DNA of 64,000 bases from NCBI GenBank assembly GCA_030158725.1, contig JAOASJ010000036.1, positions 7,776 through 71,775 on the forward strand. Reading direction: 5' to 3'. This document shows positions 35,806 through 46,800 of the stretch, piece after piece. Source of the DNA: Bacteroidia bacterium. Lineage in GTDB: Bacteria; Bacteroidota; Bacteroidia; NS11-12g; UBA955. The notes beneath the pieces were generated by a model. The model had not been told where the DNA came from. It worked only from the letters and a program-made list of their open reading frames with translations, and ran no database searches. Position numbers and translations under genes: made by a program. Within the stretch, counting starts at the first letter, position 1, and every line of letters starts with the position of its first letter.

Positions 35806-36873
35806 CTATCTCTCCCTTCTTAAATCATTCCTTAGATTAAATCTTTCTTCAGCTATCGCAATTAGTTTAGTGAGCAAGTCTGAATACGCCAATCCAGAAG
35901 CTTCCCATAATTTAGGATACATACTAATATTAGTAAAACCAGGTAGCGTATTAACCTCGTTAAGATAAAACTCATTGTCATTAACATAAAAGAAGTCAAC
36001 ACGACTCAAGCCCTCTAATTGCAAACATCTATAGGCTTTTAACGCAGTTTTGCGAATTAACTGTACCGTGTTATCTGTCATGTTTTCTGCAGGAATAATT
36101 ACTTTGGTTTCGTTGTTTACATATTTGTTTTCATAGGTATAGAAGCCGCTATTTACAACGATTTCCCCTACTCCACTTGCTTCAGGTTTTAAGTTACCTA
36201 ATACAGCAGTTTCAACTTCTCTACCAGAAATTCCTTTTTCAATTAAAATCTTAATATCATAATCGAAAGCGATATTGATTGCCTTTTTTAATTCATCAAT
36301 ATTACTAGCCTTTTCAACACCTACACCACTTCCCATGTTTGCAGGTTTCACGAACAACGGATAACCAAGTTTTTCCAGTTCTTGAAAATTGATTTCATCA
36401 CCTTTAAAATAGGTTTGCCATGGCGTTACAAGAATACCATTTTGCTGTAAAAGCAATTTGGTCACATCTTTATCCATTCCAATAGACGAACCTAGCACAC
36501 CTGGACCAACATAAGGTCGATTTAAATATTCAAGCACACCTTGCAGCATACCGTCTTCACCATAAACACCATGTGCTATAGGAAAAAACACATCTACAGA
36601 TAATGCAATGTCAATATTGTCCTTATGTCTTATTGGTTGATCATCAAAAGGCAATAAGCAAAGGGGAAAATGTTGTTCTGATGCACCGATTTCTATTCCT
36701 TCTTCAAATAAGGTTTCTTCAGGCAAGTGAAACCATTCACCTTTTCTTGAAATCCCAATAACACTGATGTGAAATTTAGTATGGTCAAGTGCTTTATAAA
36801 TATTTCTTGAAGAAACGATAGCTACATCGTGTTCAGGTGACTTTCCTCCGGTAATTATTGCAATAGATTTCAT
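35806..36873 (-). CDS. ddl: D-alanine--D-alanine ligase
   Basis: ATP-grasp protein. MKSIAIITGGKSPEHDVAIVS, FPIAHGVYGEDG, NEVNTLPGFT. The ATG at 36873 is preferred over the track's TTG at 36882 because a -7 box (plus-strand CAAAGTTA, 36880-36887) covers that TTG. Confidence 0.9.
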   Translation of the reverse strand: MKSIAIITGGKSPEHDVAIVSSRNIYKALDHTKFHISVIGISRKGEWFHLPEETLFEEGIEIGASEQHFPLCLLPFDDQPIRHKDNIDIALSVDVFFPIAHGVYGEDGMLQGVLEYLNRPYVGPGVLGSSIGMDKDVTKLLLQQNGILVTPWQTYFKGDEINFQELEKLGYPLFVKPANMGSGVGVEKASNIDELKKAINIAFDYDIKILIEKGISGREVETAVLGNLKPEASGVGEIVVNSGFYTYENKYVNNETKVIIPAENMTDNTVQLIRKTALKAYRCLQLEGLSRVDFFYVNDNEFYLNEVNTLPGFTNISMYPKLWEASGLAYSDLLTKLIAIAEERFNLRNDLRRER

Positions 36874-36983
36874 TGATTGCAAAGTTATAGTTTAAAGCTA
36901 AAATGGAATGCAAAAGAAAAACAATAATTATGTACAGTTGTAAACTAAATACTTAAATTTAGGACAAATTAAAGAATATTAAT

Positions 36984-37016
36984 CAAAAAAAAATGCCTTC
37001 AAAATAGAAGACATTT
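36984..37016 (-). terminator. Rho-independent terminator after the 37036-37875 gene
   Basis: Minus-sense ATGTCTTC-tatttt-GAAGGCAT (one G-U pair) followed by a U9 run. Confidence 0.7.
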
Positions 37017-37035
37017 TTTAAATCGCTATAAAATT

Positions 37036-37875
37036 TTAATTGTGGTTAATGTCAATATAGGTTTGATAGTTTATCGTATTAGAAGCAATTTTCAAGCAGT
37101 ATATGCCATTTGGAATGTTTGAAACATCAATGGTTTCTGAAAAAGGAATTTCATTAATTACCTTACCATTTACATCGACAATTGATATCACCGCATCATT
37201 CATAAAATAATTGCTACTAAAATTCAAATAAGAACTGCTTGGATTGGGATAAACCGACACATTCAATGTTGAAAAAGTATTATTAATATTTGAGGTATTG
37301 CATCCTACTTTGACTTGAACAATTCTAATTTTCCTTGTTTTATTTCCTGAGGCATCAGTTGCTTCATATTCATCTGTGTAAAACCCAATGACATTTGTAT
37401 TTACGTCAGAAGATTGCAAGACAAGACTAATATTATTACTTGAATAAAAATTATCTGTTACCGTAGGTTGGACACGGTTATACGGTTTACCAAATTCAGT
37501 ACATATTTGGTCAGGTGTATTTAAATTTATTGTCGGAGGTATATAATCATCTACATTAAAATAAACTGTATCATAGGCAATATTTCCACTAGTGTCTTCG
37601 GCTTCAATGAACAATGTATAGGTGGCTCTTACTAATGCGTTTACTGAGCCGTTATTGCCCCATGTTTTACGAACTACAATATCAACTACATCCGTTTGAT
37701 TATCTGAAACAGATTTAGGTTCGTTTAAAACAAAAACACTAGCTATCTGCACTTGCTGATATCTACCATTATTCAAAGTAATTACAGGAGGCGTTGAGTC
37801 GGCAAATACATTTCCAACAAAAACCAATAAAGAGAGCAAAGAGAAGCGTGTTTTAGTATAAATATTCATAAGCAT
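37036..37875 (-). CDS. T9SS cargo protein with two Ig-like (DUF5011/HYR-like) domains and a type A CTD
   Basis: 279 aa with a signal peptide. The PPVITLNNG and IPPTINLNTP modules each end in EA(E/T)D(T/A)SGN. C-terminus VSVYPNPSSSYLNF...NGIYCLKIASNTINYQTYIDINHN. Confidence 0.7.
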   Translation of the reverse strand: MLMNIYTKTRFSLLSLLVFVGNVFADSTPPVITLNNGRYQQVQIASVFVLNEPKSVSDNQTDVVDIVVRKTWGNNGSVNALVRATYTLFIEAEDTSGNIAYDTVYFNVDDYIPPTINLNTPDQICTEFGKPYNRVQPTVTDNFYSSNNISLVLQSSDVNTNVIGFYTDEYEATDASGNKTRKIRIVQVKVGCNTSNINNTFSTLNVSVYPNPSSSYLNFSSNYFMNDAVISIVDVNGKVINEIPFSETIDVSNIPNGIYCLKIASNTINYQTYIDINHN

Positions 37876-38012
37876 GGTATTTTATTGATTCAAAGTTCGT
37901 ACAAGTTAAAGAAATGTAATCCATGTAAAACACAAAATGACATTTTTATGTTCATAACATGACTAAAGTATGACAATAGCTTCATAAATAAAGCCTTACG
38001 ATAATTTATTAG

Positions 38013-39197
38013 TTATTCTTGCAAGGCAGAGTACGCAAGAAATGCCATTAAACCACAACCATCTTCTATGGCATCTTCGTCAATATCAAATGTATTTGTG
38101 TGAACAGCTGAGGTTATTCCTTTTTGCTCATTTCTGGTACCGAGTCGGTAAAAACAAGCTGGCACTTCTTGGCTATAGTACGCGAAATCTTCAGCTGCCA
38201 TCCAAATGTCCAATTCTTCAACATGCTCTTCACCCATATATTGGTTGGCAAAACCCCATAATTTGCTGGTCAAACTTTCATCATTTTTCAAATAAGGATA
38301 ACCGTTCTCTATTCTCACATCAGCAGTTGCACCAAAAGCTTCTGCGGTGCTTTTAACAAGCGTTTTAATAAGATCCTTAACTTCTGCCCTCCATTGTTCA
38401 TCCAAGGTCCTTAAAGTGCCTTCAAATGAGACTGAATTCGGGATTACGTTTGTAGCACCTCCATTTGAGTTAATTTTGCCAAAACTTAATACTGTTGGCA
38501 AGATGGGTTTAGCCTTTCTGCTTACTATTTGTTGCAATGAAACAATAACTTGAGCAGCTGTAGCAACTGGATCTACACAAAGATGCGGCATAGCACCATG
38601 GCCACCTTTTCCATTTATAGTTATATAAATTTCATCGGTACTTGCCATATATAGGCCCTTTCTGAAACCAACATTTCCTGTATTAATAAAAGGCATTACA
38701 TGTTGGCCGATGATTGCATCCACCTTAGGGTTATTTAGTATGCCTTCTTTAATTAACAAACTAGCACCACCAGGTAGTTTCTCTTCCCCAGGTTGAAACA
38801 CCAACTTAATAGATCCTTTAAATTCTGATTTTAGACTGCACAAGATTTTAGCAGCACCAAGCAAAGAACTTGCATGCACATCGTGGCCACACGCATGCAT
38901 GACTCCTGGATTCTTAGATGCATAAGATTTATCGCTTAATTCTTGAATTGGCAAAGCATCCAAATCTGCTCTTAAAGCAATAGTTTTGCCCTCACCTAAT
39001 TCACCATTTATCATAGCCCAAACACCAGTTCCAGAAATTCTATGCGTTTCAAGTCCTAGATTTTGCAAATAGTTTTCCACCAATATTGCTGTGTTTTCTT
39101 CTTGGAAAGACAACTCAGGATTGCTGTGAATACTATGTCTGACGCCAATTATCTCTGATTTTATTTCCTTTGCTAACGATTTAATTCTTGCTTTCAT
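38013..39197 (-). CDS. M20D family amidohydrolase (N-acyl-L-amino acid amidohydrolase-like)
   Basis: 394 aa. ALRADLDALPI, MHACGHDVH, VFQPGEE. Confidence 0.85.
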   Translation of the reverse strand: MKARIKSLAKEIKSEIIGVRHSIHSNPELSFQEENTAILVENYLQNLGLETHRISGTGVWAMINGELGEGKTIALRADLDALPIQELSDKSYASKNPGVMHACGHDVHASSLLGAAKILCSLKSEFKGSIKLVFQPGEEKLPGGASLLIKEGILNNPKVDAIIGQHVMPFINTGNVGFRKGLYMASTDEIYITINGKGGHGAMPHLCVDPVATAAQVIVSLQQIVSRKAKPILPTVLSFGKINSNGGATNVIPNSVSFEGTLRTLDEQWRAEVKDLIKTLVKSTAEAFGATADVRIENGYPYLKNDESLTSKLWGFANQYMGEEHVEELDIWMAAEDFAYYSQEVPACFYRLGTRNEQKGITSAVHTNTFDIDEDAIEDGCGLMAFLAYSALQE

Positions 39198-39259
39198 ATA
39201 CCCTTTGATTATCTGTAATTTTAATCATTCAAATTAATTCCTCAAATTTGCACTATTAA

Positions 39260-39853
39260 ATGAAAGCAATCAACTATTTTATTTTGAATATTATTGGTAT
39301 AAGTTTTTTTGTTTCTTGTAAACCGCAAGACCAAGAGCAACATGACTTAGATTCATATACAAAAGCATATTTTGAGGTAAGAGACAATTCAAAATTTATT
39401 TTCACTGAAGCAAGCGACACAAATATCAACATAGAATATACCTCAAGCAATTATACCAATGGCAGGTCGAATCCAGATATTGAAAACAGTGAATTTATAT
39501 TTTATGATTTAAACTCTCCTAATCAACCTACATTGACTATGCGTTGTCAATCTGGAGGCACTCAATTTAAAGACCAAATTGCATTGATTACCAAAAAGAA
39601 TGATTCAACTGTTATTGGGCCAATTATTTTTAATTTAGGTGGTAAGTTTACCCCAGGCTCAGGAAGTGGTGATTCAGTTTTTCAATATCCAACTTATCAA
39701 ATAAATTCTACAACCTTCACAGATGTTATTCGTGTAAAATTATACAACAACATCAAATACAAAGAAATCTTTTTTGCGAAAAATATAGGTTTGATTATAC
39801 GTAAAGAAAAGAGCAACAAAACGTATTATGTAAAAAGGTATAGAAAACTATAA
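39260..39853 (+). CDS. Hypothetical lipoprotein
   Basis: 197 aa. Signal peptide with lipobox (FFVSC). No recognisable family. Confidence 0.45.
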   Translation: MKAINYFILNIIGISFFVSCKPQDQEQHDLDSYTKAYFEVRDNSKFIFTEASDTNINIEYTSSNYTNGRSNPDIENSEFIFYDLNSPNQPTLTMRCQSGGTQFKDQIALITKKNDSTVIGPIIFNLGGKFTPGSGSGDSVFQYPTYQINSTTFTDVIRVKLYNNIKYKEIFFAKNIGLIIRKEKSNKTYYVKRYRKL

Positions 39854-39854
39854 C

Positions 39855-40544
39855 CTAAGCTTTTCCAATAGCTTTGTGTGCAAATGACAAGGCAAGTTCA
39901 TTTTGTTCAGCCTTACTAAGTTCTGAGTTATCAATTACAATAGCATCTTCAGCCTTTAACAAAGGACTATTGGATCTATTTGAATCACTGTAGTCGCGGT
40001 CATTTAAATTTTTCAATACCTCTTCATATGTAATAGAAAGATTTCCATTTTCTTTCAATTCATTTAGTCTTCTTTGGGCTCTAATTTCAGCTTTAGCTGT
40101 CATGAAAATTTTCAGTTCAGCGTTTGGAAAGACCACAGTACCAATATCTCTCCCATCCATAACAACCCCTTTATTCAATCCAATCTCTTGTTGTTGTTTA
40201 ACTAAAAAATCGCGTACAATTTGAATCTTGCTTACCGGGCTAACCAAATTAGAAACAGCCATACTTCTGATTTCGTTTTCAATATCATTACCGTTTAAAA
40301 AAGTGTGGTAAAAATCATCTTCAGGAATATGTTTGAAAGTAATGCTTAAACTAGGTAAAAGTTTTTCAAGTTCAACAAGATTATCAAGCCCTATACCCTT
40401 TTGAATCATTGCATAAGTTACAGCTCGGTACATTGCTCCAGTATCGATAAAAATATAATTAAGTGATTTTGCTAATACTTTAGCCAAGGTGCCTTTACCG
40501 CAACTTGAGTATCCATCAATTGCTATATTTATCTTCTTAGTCAA
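39855..40544 (-). CDS. cmk: Cytidylate kinase
   Basis: 229 aa. INIAIDGYSSCGKGTLAKVLA P-loop and VMDGRDIGTVVFPNA. Confidence 0.9.
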   Translation of the reverse strand: MTKKINIAIDGYSSCGKGTLAKVLAKSLNYIFIDTGAMYRAVTYAMIQKGIGLDNLVELEKLLPSLSITFKHIPEDDFYHTFLNGNDIENEIRSMAVSNLVSPVSKIQIVRDFLVKQQQEIGLNKGVVMDGRDIGTVVFPNAELKIFMTAKAEIRAQRRLNELKENGNLSITYEEVLKNLNDRDYSDSNRSNSPLLKAEDAIVIDNSELSKAEQNELALSFAHKAIGKA

Positions 40545-40546
40545 TG

Positions 40547-41683
40547 TTAAGCTTTTACATTTTCAAACATTTGCTTAATATAATTCAAAGCATAATCTGC
40601 TTCTTCAAAAGTATTCGATTTTCCGAAAGAAAATCTCACTGGTGCATGGTCTAAATTATTTCCAATTGCTCTAATAACGTGAGAACCGGTATTGCTACCA
40701 GCGCTACATGCACTACCACCAGAAACAGCGATGCCATTTAAGTCAAAACTAAACAGCAAAATATCAGTAGCTAATTCAGGTGGGAAGGCTAAACTTAAAA
40801 CCGTATACAAACTAGAACCTTCAGGGTCACCATTGAATTTTATTTTAGGAAAGTCAGACTTTATTCTATCAATAAAATACTTTTTAATAGATGAAATATG
40901 TTTTTGTTTTTTATCTAAGTCGCGGTAAGAAATTTCCATTGCTTTGGCCAAACCAACTATACCGTATACATTCTCAGTACCTGCTCTAAGTTCGCGTTCT
41001 TGAGACCCACCGGTAATGAGTGGTTTCACACGGTTTCTTTTGTTGTGGTATAAAAAACCAACACCTTTAGGACCGTTAAATTTGTGTGCTGCACCTACGG
41101 CAAAATCTAAATCAATTTTTTGAAAATCGAAATGATAATGAGACATGGTTTGAACTGTATCACAATGAAAAAGTGCGTTGTATTGTCTGCACAATTGACT
41201 AACTTTTTCTATGTCAAGAAGATTCCCTACTTCATTATTTCCATGCATCAATGAAACCAAAACATCTGAATTTGATTTTAACAAAGACTCTAAATGATTT
41301 AAGTTAATATGTCCATTGGGCAATAGCTCAACCAAATGCATGTTAACTTTATTGGCATGGGCCAACTCTTCAATGGTATGAAGAACAGCGTGATGCTCTA
41401 TTGGAGAGGTGATAATGTTTTTTACATTCAATAATTCTACACTACCTCTGATTGCCATATTATCCGCTTCAGTTCCACCAGAAGTAAATATAATTTCAGC
41501 TGGACTTACATTCAATAATTTTGCAATTGTCTTTCTACTAACTTCAAGATGTGCTTTAACTTTACGACCAAAGGCATGCGAAGATGATGGATTGCCAAAA
41601 TCATTTTTCAAAACTGGCAACATAGCTTCAAATACCTCATTATCAAGAGGAGTTGTAGCAGCGTGATCAAAATATACTTTCAT
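40547..41683 (-). CDS. Cysteine desulfurase (NifS/IscS class)
   Basis: 378 aa. YFDHAATTP, GAAHKFNGPKGVG (PLP Lys), SGGSACSAGS (catalytic Cys loop). Confidence 0.85.
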   Translation of the reverse strand: MKVYFDHAATTPLDNEVFEAMLPVLKNDFGNPSSSHAFGRKVKAHLEVSRKTIAKLLNVSPAEIIFTSGGTEADNMAIRGSVELLNVKNIITSPIEHHAVLHTIEELAHANKVNMHLVELLPNGHINLNHLESLLKSNSDVLVSLMHGNNEVGNLLDIEKVSQLCRQYNALFHCDTVQTMSHYHFDFQKIDLDFAVGAAHKFNGPKGVGFLYHNKRNRVKPLITGGSQERELRAGTENVYGIVGLAKAMEISYRDLDKKQKHISSIKKYFIDRIKSDFPKIKFNGDPEGSSLYTVLSLAFPPELATDILLFSFDLNGIAVSGGSACSAGSNTGSHVIRAIGNNLDHAPVRFSFGKSNTFEEADYALNYIKQMFENVKA

Positions 41684-41685
41684 TA

Positions 41686-42582
41686 TTATATTTTATTGTA
41701 ATGACAACAGTAACCCAGTAATTTATATAATAGTTTTGCCAAATTAAATTGTGTTAAAATCTCACCTTCTTTGGGCGCACATTCTACAATATCAAATCCG
41801 ATAATTTGTCTTTTCTCTGCTACCTTTTTTAGAAACTTCAAACCTTGGTGCCACATTAAGCCACCTGGTTCAGCAGTGCCTACCGCAGGCATAACCGAGG
41901 GATCAAAACCATCCGCATCAATGGTTACATATACTTTATCGTTTAGTTTAGCAATGCAATCATCCATCCATTTATCATCTTCTTGAATCATATGGGCGTA
42001 CCAAGTATTGATATTGTCAGAAGATTGTATTAAGTCATATTCTTCTTTGCATTGTGCACGAATACCAACTTGACAAATCGGAACATTTAAATCGTGAATT
42101 CTAGCCAAAACGCTGGCGTGAGAATAAGGATTGTCATGGTAAGAAGATCTTAAGTCACTGTGTGCATCGATTTGCAATACAGAGAAACTATCAAACTTTT
42201 TTTGAAATGCTTTTACAAAACCTAAACTTACTGTGTGTTCAGCACCCAGAGAGATAACAAATTTGTTGTTGTTAAGATGTTCTAGCGTTTCAGCTTCAAT
42301 TAAAGCGATGGCATCTTGATTGTATTTGCCTTCAAAATTCATAGGATGCATGGTTGCGATACCTACTTTTTTGTATGCCTCTTGGGCAGTTTCTTCGTCA
42401 AAAAACTCAACAAAATGGCTTGCCTCTATTATTGCAGAAGGTCCTAAATCACTACCCTGAAGGTAAGAAGAAGTATATTCGTAAGGAGCCGATTGTATTA
42501 CAACTTTACTAGTTTCATAGTTATAAAGCGTTGAATCTTCAATGCCTAAAAAGTTGTTTTCTGTATTAAAAACTTGTTTCAA
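41686..42582 (-). CDS. speB: Agmatinase (arginase family)
   Basis: 298 aa. LGAEHTV, QIDAHSDLR, VTIDADGFDPS, GGL metal-site motifs. TTG start is tentative. Confidence 0.8.
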   Translation of the reverse strand: MKQVFNTENNFLGIEDSTLYNYETSKVVIQSAPYEYTSSYLQGSDLGPSAIIEASHFVEFFDEETAQEAYKKVGIATMHPMNFEGKYNQDAIALIEAETLEHLNNNKFVISLGAEHTVSLGFVKAFQKKFDSFSVLQIDAHSDLRSSYHDNPYSHASVLARIHDLNVPICQVGIRAQCKEEYDLIQSSDNINTWYAHMIQEDDKWMDDCIAKLNDKVYVTIDADGFDPSVMPAVGTAEPGGLMWHQGLKFLKKVAEKRQIIGFDIVECAPKEGEILTQFNLAKLLYKLLGYCCHYNKI

Positions 42583-42612
42583 AATATGTGCAGATTATTT
42601 ATAAAATAAAAT

Positions 42613-42636
42613 AACTGAATAAAATTTTTATTCAGT
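42613..42636 (-). terminator. A/T-rich palindromic hairpin after efp
   Basis: ACTGAATAAA..TTTATTCAGT, a 10-bp stem with T-rich sequence downstream in the minus sense. Confidence 0.45.
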
Positions 42637-42662
42637 CATTTTAAGAATGTTTTTGTATTGAA

Positions 42663-43226
42663 TTATTTTACTCTTTCTACGTATTGAATGGTACGTAAAT
42701 CAATTTTAATTTTATCACCCATATCAACAAAAAGAGGCACCATTAAAGATGCTCCAGTTGAAACTGTTGCTGGTTTAAGTGTATTGGTTGCAGTATCACC
42801 TCTCACACCTGGTTCAGTATAAGTTACTTCTAACTCAACGTGGGTTGGAGGAGTTCCGCCAATTGGATTATCGCCTTCTTCGAATGAAACTAATACTGTC
42901 ATACCTTCAGTCATGAAAGGTGCAGCATCTCCGAAGTAAGTTTCTGAAATATTGTATTGCTCAAAAGACTCATTGTCCATGCAAACTAAAGAATCACCTT
43001 CTTTGTAAAGGTAGGCTAATTCTCTTACTTCAACTCTTACGATATCTACTTTTTCACCAGGGTTAAATCTGTTTTCAACTGATTTTCCAGTTTTAACATT
43101 TTTCATTTTACCTTGATAAAATGCTCTTAAGTTACCTGGAGTACGGTGAATGTATTCGATAATTTGTACCAATTCTCCGTTATGACGAATAAATTGTCCT
43201 ACTGATAAATCTGATGCTGTTGCCAT
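42663..43226 (-). CDS. efp: Elongation factor P
   Basis: 187 aa. MATASDLSVGQFIRHNGELVQIIEY...PGNLRAFYQGKMKNVKTGK. Confidence 0.95.
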   Translation of the reverse strand: MATASDLSVGQFIRHNGELVQIIEYIHRTPGNLRAFYQGKMKNVKTGKSVENRFNPGEKVDIVRVEVRELAYLYKEGDSLVCMDNESFEQYNISETYFGDAAPFMTEGMTVLVSFEEGDNPIGGTPPTHVELEVTYTEPGVRGDTATNTLKPATVSTGASLMVPLFVDMGDKIKIDLRTIQYVERVK

Positions 43227-43282
43227 ATTAATTAATGATGCGAAAATAGTTTGATTTCACTTCATTACCAAACATTGTCCTA

Positions 43283-43672
43283 TCAATTAGGGATACTTTT
43301 AAGCCATTCTTTGGCTTTTTCAATATCAACAAAAAAACTAGTTGGATAATTGTCTTTAATAAATTTAGAATAGAAATTTATTACCATTTTTTGATATAGA
43401 GAATGAACTATAATTGCTTCAGCAATTACATTGTGTTTTACTTTTAAACTTGCTTCGTGACCAAAAAGTCTAGCTTCTTTTGTGATTTCAGTATTCGCGC
43501 CAGTAATAACTAGTTTCTTTACAGGCATATGGTTGGTAAATGTATTGACTAATTCGAATGATTCTCTCATGTCTTCTAGTTCAATTTTAACCTTATCTTT
43601 AAAAATAACTTCACAAATGTTACCATCTAACATTTGAATTGACTTTATAACCTTACTTTGTGTCTTCAACAT
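43283..43672 (-). CDS. Small cytoplasmic protein, STAS/SpoIIAA-like family candidate (paralog of 23838-24242)
   Basis: Start placed at the ATG at 43672 (MLKTQSKV...). A -7 box (plus-strand CAAAAATA, 43682-43689) lies inside the longer track ORF. The C-terminal half is homologous to the 23838 gene product. Confidence 0.5.
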   Translation of the reverse strand: MLKTQSKVIKSIQMLDGNICEVIFKDKVKIELEDMRESFELVNTFTNHMPVKKLVITGANTEITKEARLFGHEASLKVKHNVIAEAIIVHSLYQKMVINFYSKFIKDNYPTSFFVDIEKAKEWLKSIPN

Positions 43673-43769
43673 AATTTTATTCAAAAATACAATAAGTTCA
43701 TTGAAATTTAACATCAAAAATGACATGAAATATTAGTTTTATTATAAGTCATTGATTTAAAATTAAATC

Positions 43770-43805
43770 AAAAAAAAAGCCCCAACAATAATGTTGAGGC
43801 TTTTT
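43770..43805. terminator. Strong, possibly bidirectional, terminator after rpoC
   Basis: Minus-sense GCCTCAACA-ttat-TGTTGGGGC followed by U9. The plus sense also ends in a T5 run. Confidence 0.85.
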
Positions 43806-43821
43806 GATTATTTTATAAATA

Positions 43822-46800
43822 TTAGTTAGAACTTGCTACTTCACCTTCTTCTTTAGAAGCCATTAAGCGTTCAAATTCTTCTTTACTTCCTACAACGATA
43901 TTGTCGTATGCACGCATACCAGTACCAGCAGGAATTAAATGACCAACAATTACGTTTTCTTTTAGTCCACGCATAAAGTCAACTTTACCTGCGATTGCAG
44001 CTTCGTTTAATACTTTAGTTGTTTCTTGGAAAGATGCAGCACTCATGAAACTTCTAGTTGCCAATGATGCTCTAGTGATACCTTGTAATACAGCATCAGC
44101 TGTAGCAGTTACGGCATCTCTAACCAACACTTGCGTTTTATCTTGACGTTTTAATGAGCTATTTTCTTCTCTTAATTCACGTAATGAAACGATTTGACCA
44201 ACTTTTAGTTTATCTGAATCTCCAGCATCTAGAACTACTTTTCTATCAAAAATCCAATCGTTCTCTTCGAACAATTCTCTTTTCTCAACGATTTCGTTTT
44301 CTAGGAATTGGGTATCACCTGGTTGCTCAATGATCATTTTTTGCATCATTTGTCTAACAATGATTTCAATATGTTTATCGTTGATTTTTACACCTTGTAA
44401 ACGGTAAACTTCTTGAATTCCGTTCAAAATATATCTTTGAACAGCAGTTGGACCTTGAATTCTCAAGATATCTTGAGGTGTGATTGCACCATCAGATAAA
44501 GGAGCACCAGCTTTAATATAATCGTTGTCTTGAACAAAAATATGTTTAGACAATGGAATCATATAATGCTTTAACTCACCATCTTTACTAGTAACAGTAA
44601 TTTCTCTGTTACCACGTTTGATACCACCATAAGTCACAACACCATCAATTTCAGAAACTGTTGCTGGGTTTGAAGGATTTCTAGCCTCGAATAACTCAGT
44701 TACACGTGGAAGACCACCTGTGATATCTCGAGTTCCACGAGCTGATCTTGGAATTTTAGCGATAATATCACCTGCGCTAATTGCTTTACCATCATTAACA
44801 GAGATGTGGGCACCTACTGGTAAGTTGATTTCTTTTAGAACAGTTTTATCTTTTCCAATGATTTTGATTGAAGGAGATTTGGTTTTATCTTTAGTTTCGA
44901 TAATAACTTTTTCACCATAACCTGTTACTTCGTCATTCTCTTCTCTGAAAGTGATACCATCAATAATGTTTTCATATTGAATTTTACCCGCTAAATCAGA
45001 TAGGATAACTGCGTTGTATGGATCCCATGCACAGATCAAGTCACCTTTTTTCACTTTATCACCTTCTTTAAGGTAAACAAATGAACCATAAGGAACAACA
45101 AAAGTGATTAAGATGTTTTTGTTTTTAGGATCTAATATTCTTAATTCTGCGCTACGGCTTAAGTTTAACTCAACTTTTTGAGCATCACCTGAAGCATCGT
45201 CAACTTTCTCAGTTGTAACAGTTTTAAGTTCATCGAAACTTACAATACCATCAAATCTAGAAACGATTTGAGATTCAGCAGCGATACTTGATGCAGTACC
45301 ACCCACGTGGAAGGTACGAAGTGTCAACTGTGTACCAGGTTCACCGATAGACTGTGCAGCGATTACACCAACAGCTTCACCTATTTGAACCATTCTACCA
45401 TTGGTCAAGTTGCGACCATAGCATTTAGAACATACACCACTTTTGGTTTCACAAGTCAATACTGAACGAATTTCCATTTCTTCAATACCAGCATCTTCAA
45501 TTTCTTTTGCAACTTCTTCTGTTATTTCAGCACCTGCATTTACAATTAAAGCACCAGTTTCAGGATGGTAAGTATCGTATAAACCAGTTCTACCAAGTAT
45601 ACGTTCGTATAAACTTTCTACAACATCATCATTATCTTTCAAAGCTGATAGAGATAATCCTCTTAAGGTATCGCAATCAAATTCTGTGATAATAACATCT
45701 TGTGCTACGTCATGCAATCTTCTGGTCAAATAACCCGCATCCGCAGTTTTTAACGCTGTATCCGCAAGACCTTTACGCGCACCGTGTGTAGAAATGAAAT
45801 ATTCTAATACTGATAGACCTTCTTTAAAGTTTGATAAAATTGGATTTTCAATGATCTCACCTACTCCACCACCAATATTCTTTTGTGGTTTCGCCATCAA
45901 TCCCCTCATTCCACCTAACTGACGGATTTGTTCTTTAGAACCCCTCGCACCAGAGTCAAGCATCATGTAAATTGGATTGAATCCTTGATCGTTTTCTGCC
46001 AATTCTTTTAGAAGAATTTCACCTACTTGAGAGTTAATTCTAGTCCAAATATCGATTACTTGGTTATAACGCTCGTTGTTTGTGATGAAACCATTCTCGT
46101 AGTTGAATTTAATTTCTTCTACTTCAGCTCTAGCTTTATCGATTAATTTTTCTTTAGCATCAGGAATTTGAACATAATTCAAGTTAAATGATAAACCACC
46201 TTTAAATGCATAGTGGAAACCTAAGTCTTTAATATCATCCAAGAATTTAGAAGTTCTAGCAACTCCAACAACTTTCACGAAATTGCTGATGATATCACGT
46301 AGAGACTTCTTGGTCAATAATTGGTTAATGTAACCAACACCTTCAGGAACAACTTGGTTAAACAATACACGACCAACTGTTGTTTCAATTATTTGATAAG
46401 AGAAACCACCGTTGCCATCTTTATCTAACAATTTACATTTGATGTGCGCATGTAAATCAGCTTTTCCTTCGTTAAGGGCGATAATTACTTCTTCTGGAGA
46501 GTAGAAAGTAATACCTTCACCTTTTACTAATTTTTGAGGTGTATTTTTTCTTCCTTTGGTAATATAGTATAAACCAAGCACCATGTCTTGAGAAGGAACT
46601 GTAATCGGAGAACCGTTTGCAGGATTCAAGATATTGTGTGGAGCTAACATTAACAATTGGGCTTCCAATATTGCTGCGTTTCCAAGTGGAACGTGCACAG
46701 CCATCTGGTCACCGTCAAAGTCAGCGTTAAAACCAGTACAAGTTAATGGGTGTAATTGGATTGCTTTTCCTTCAATTAATTTTGGTTGGAAAGCTTGTAT

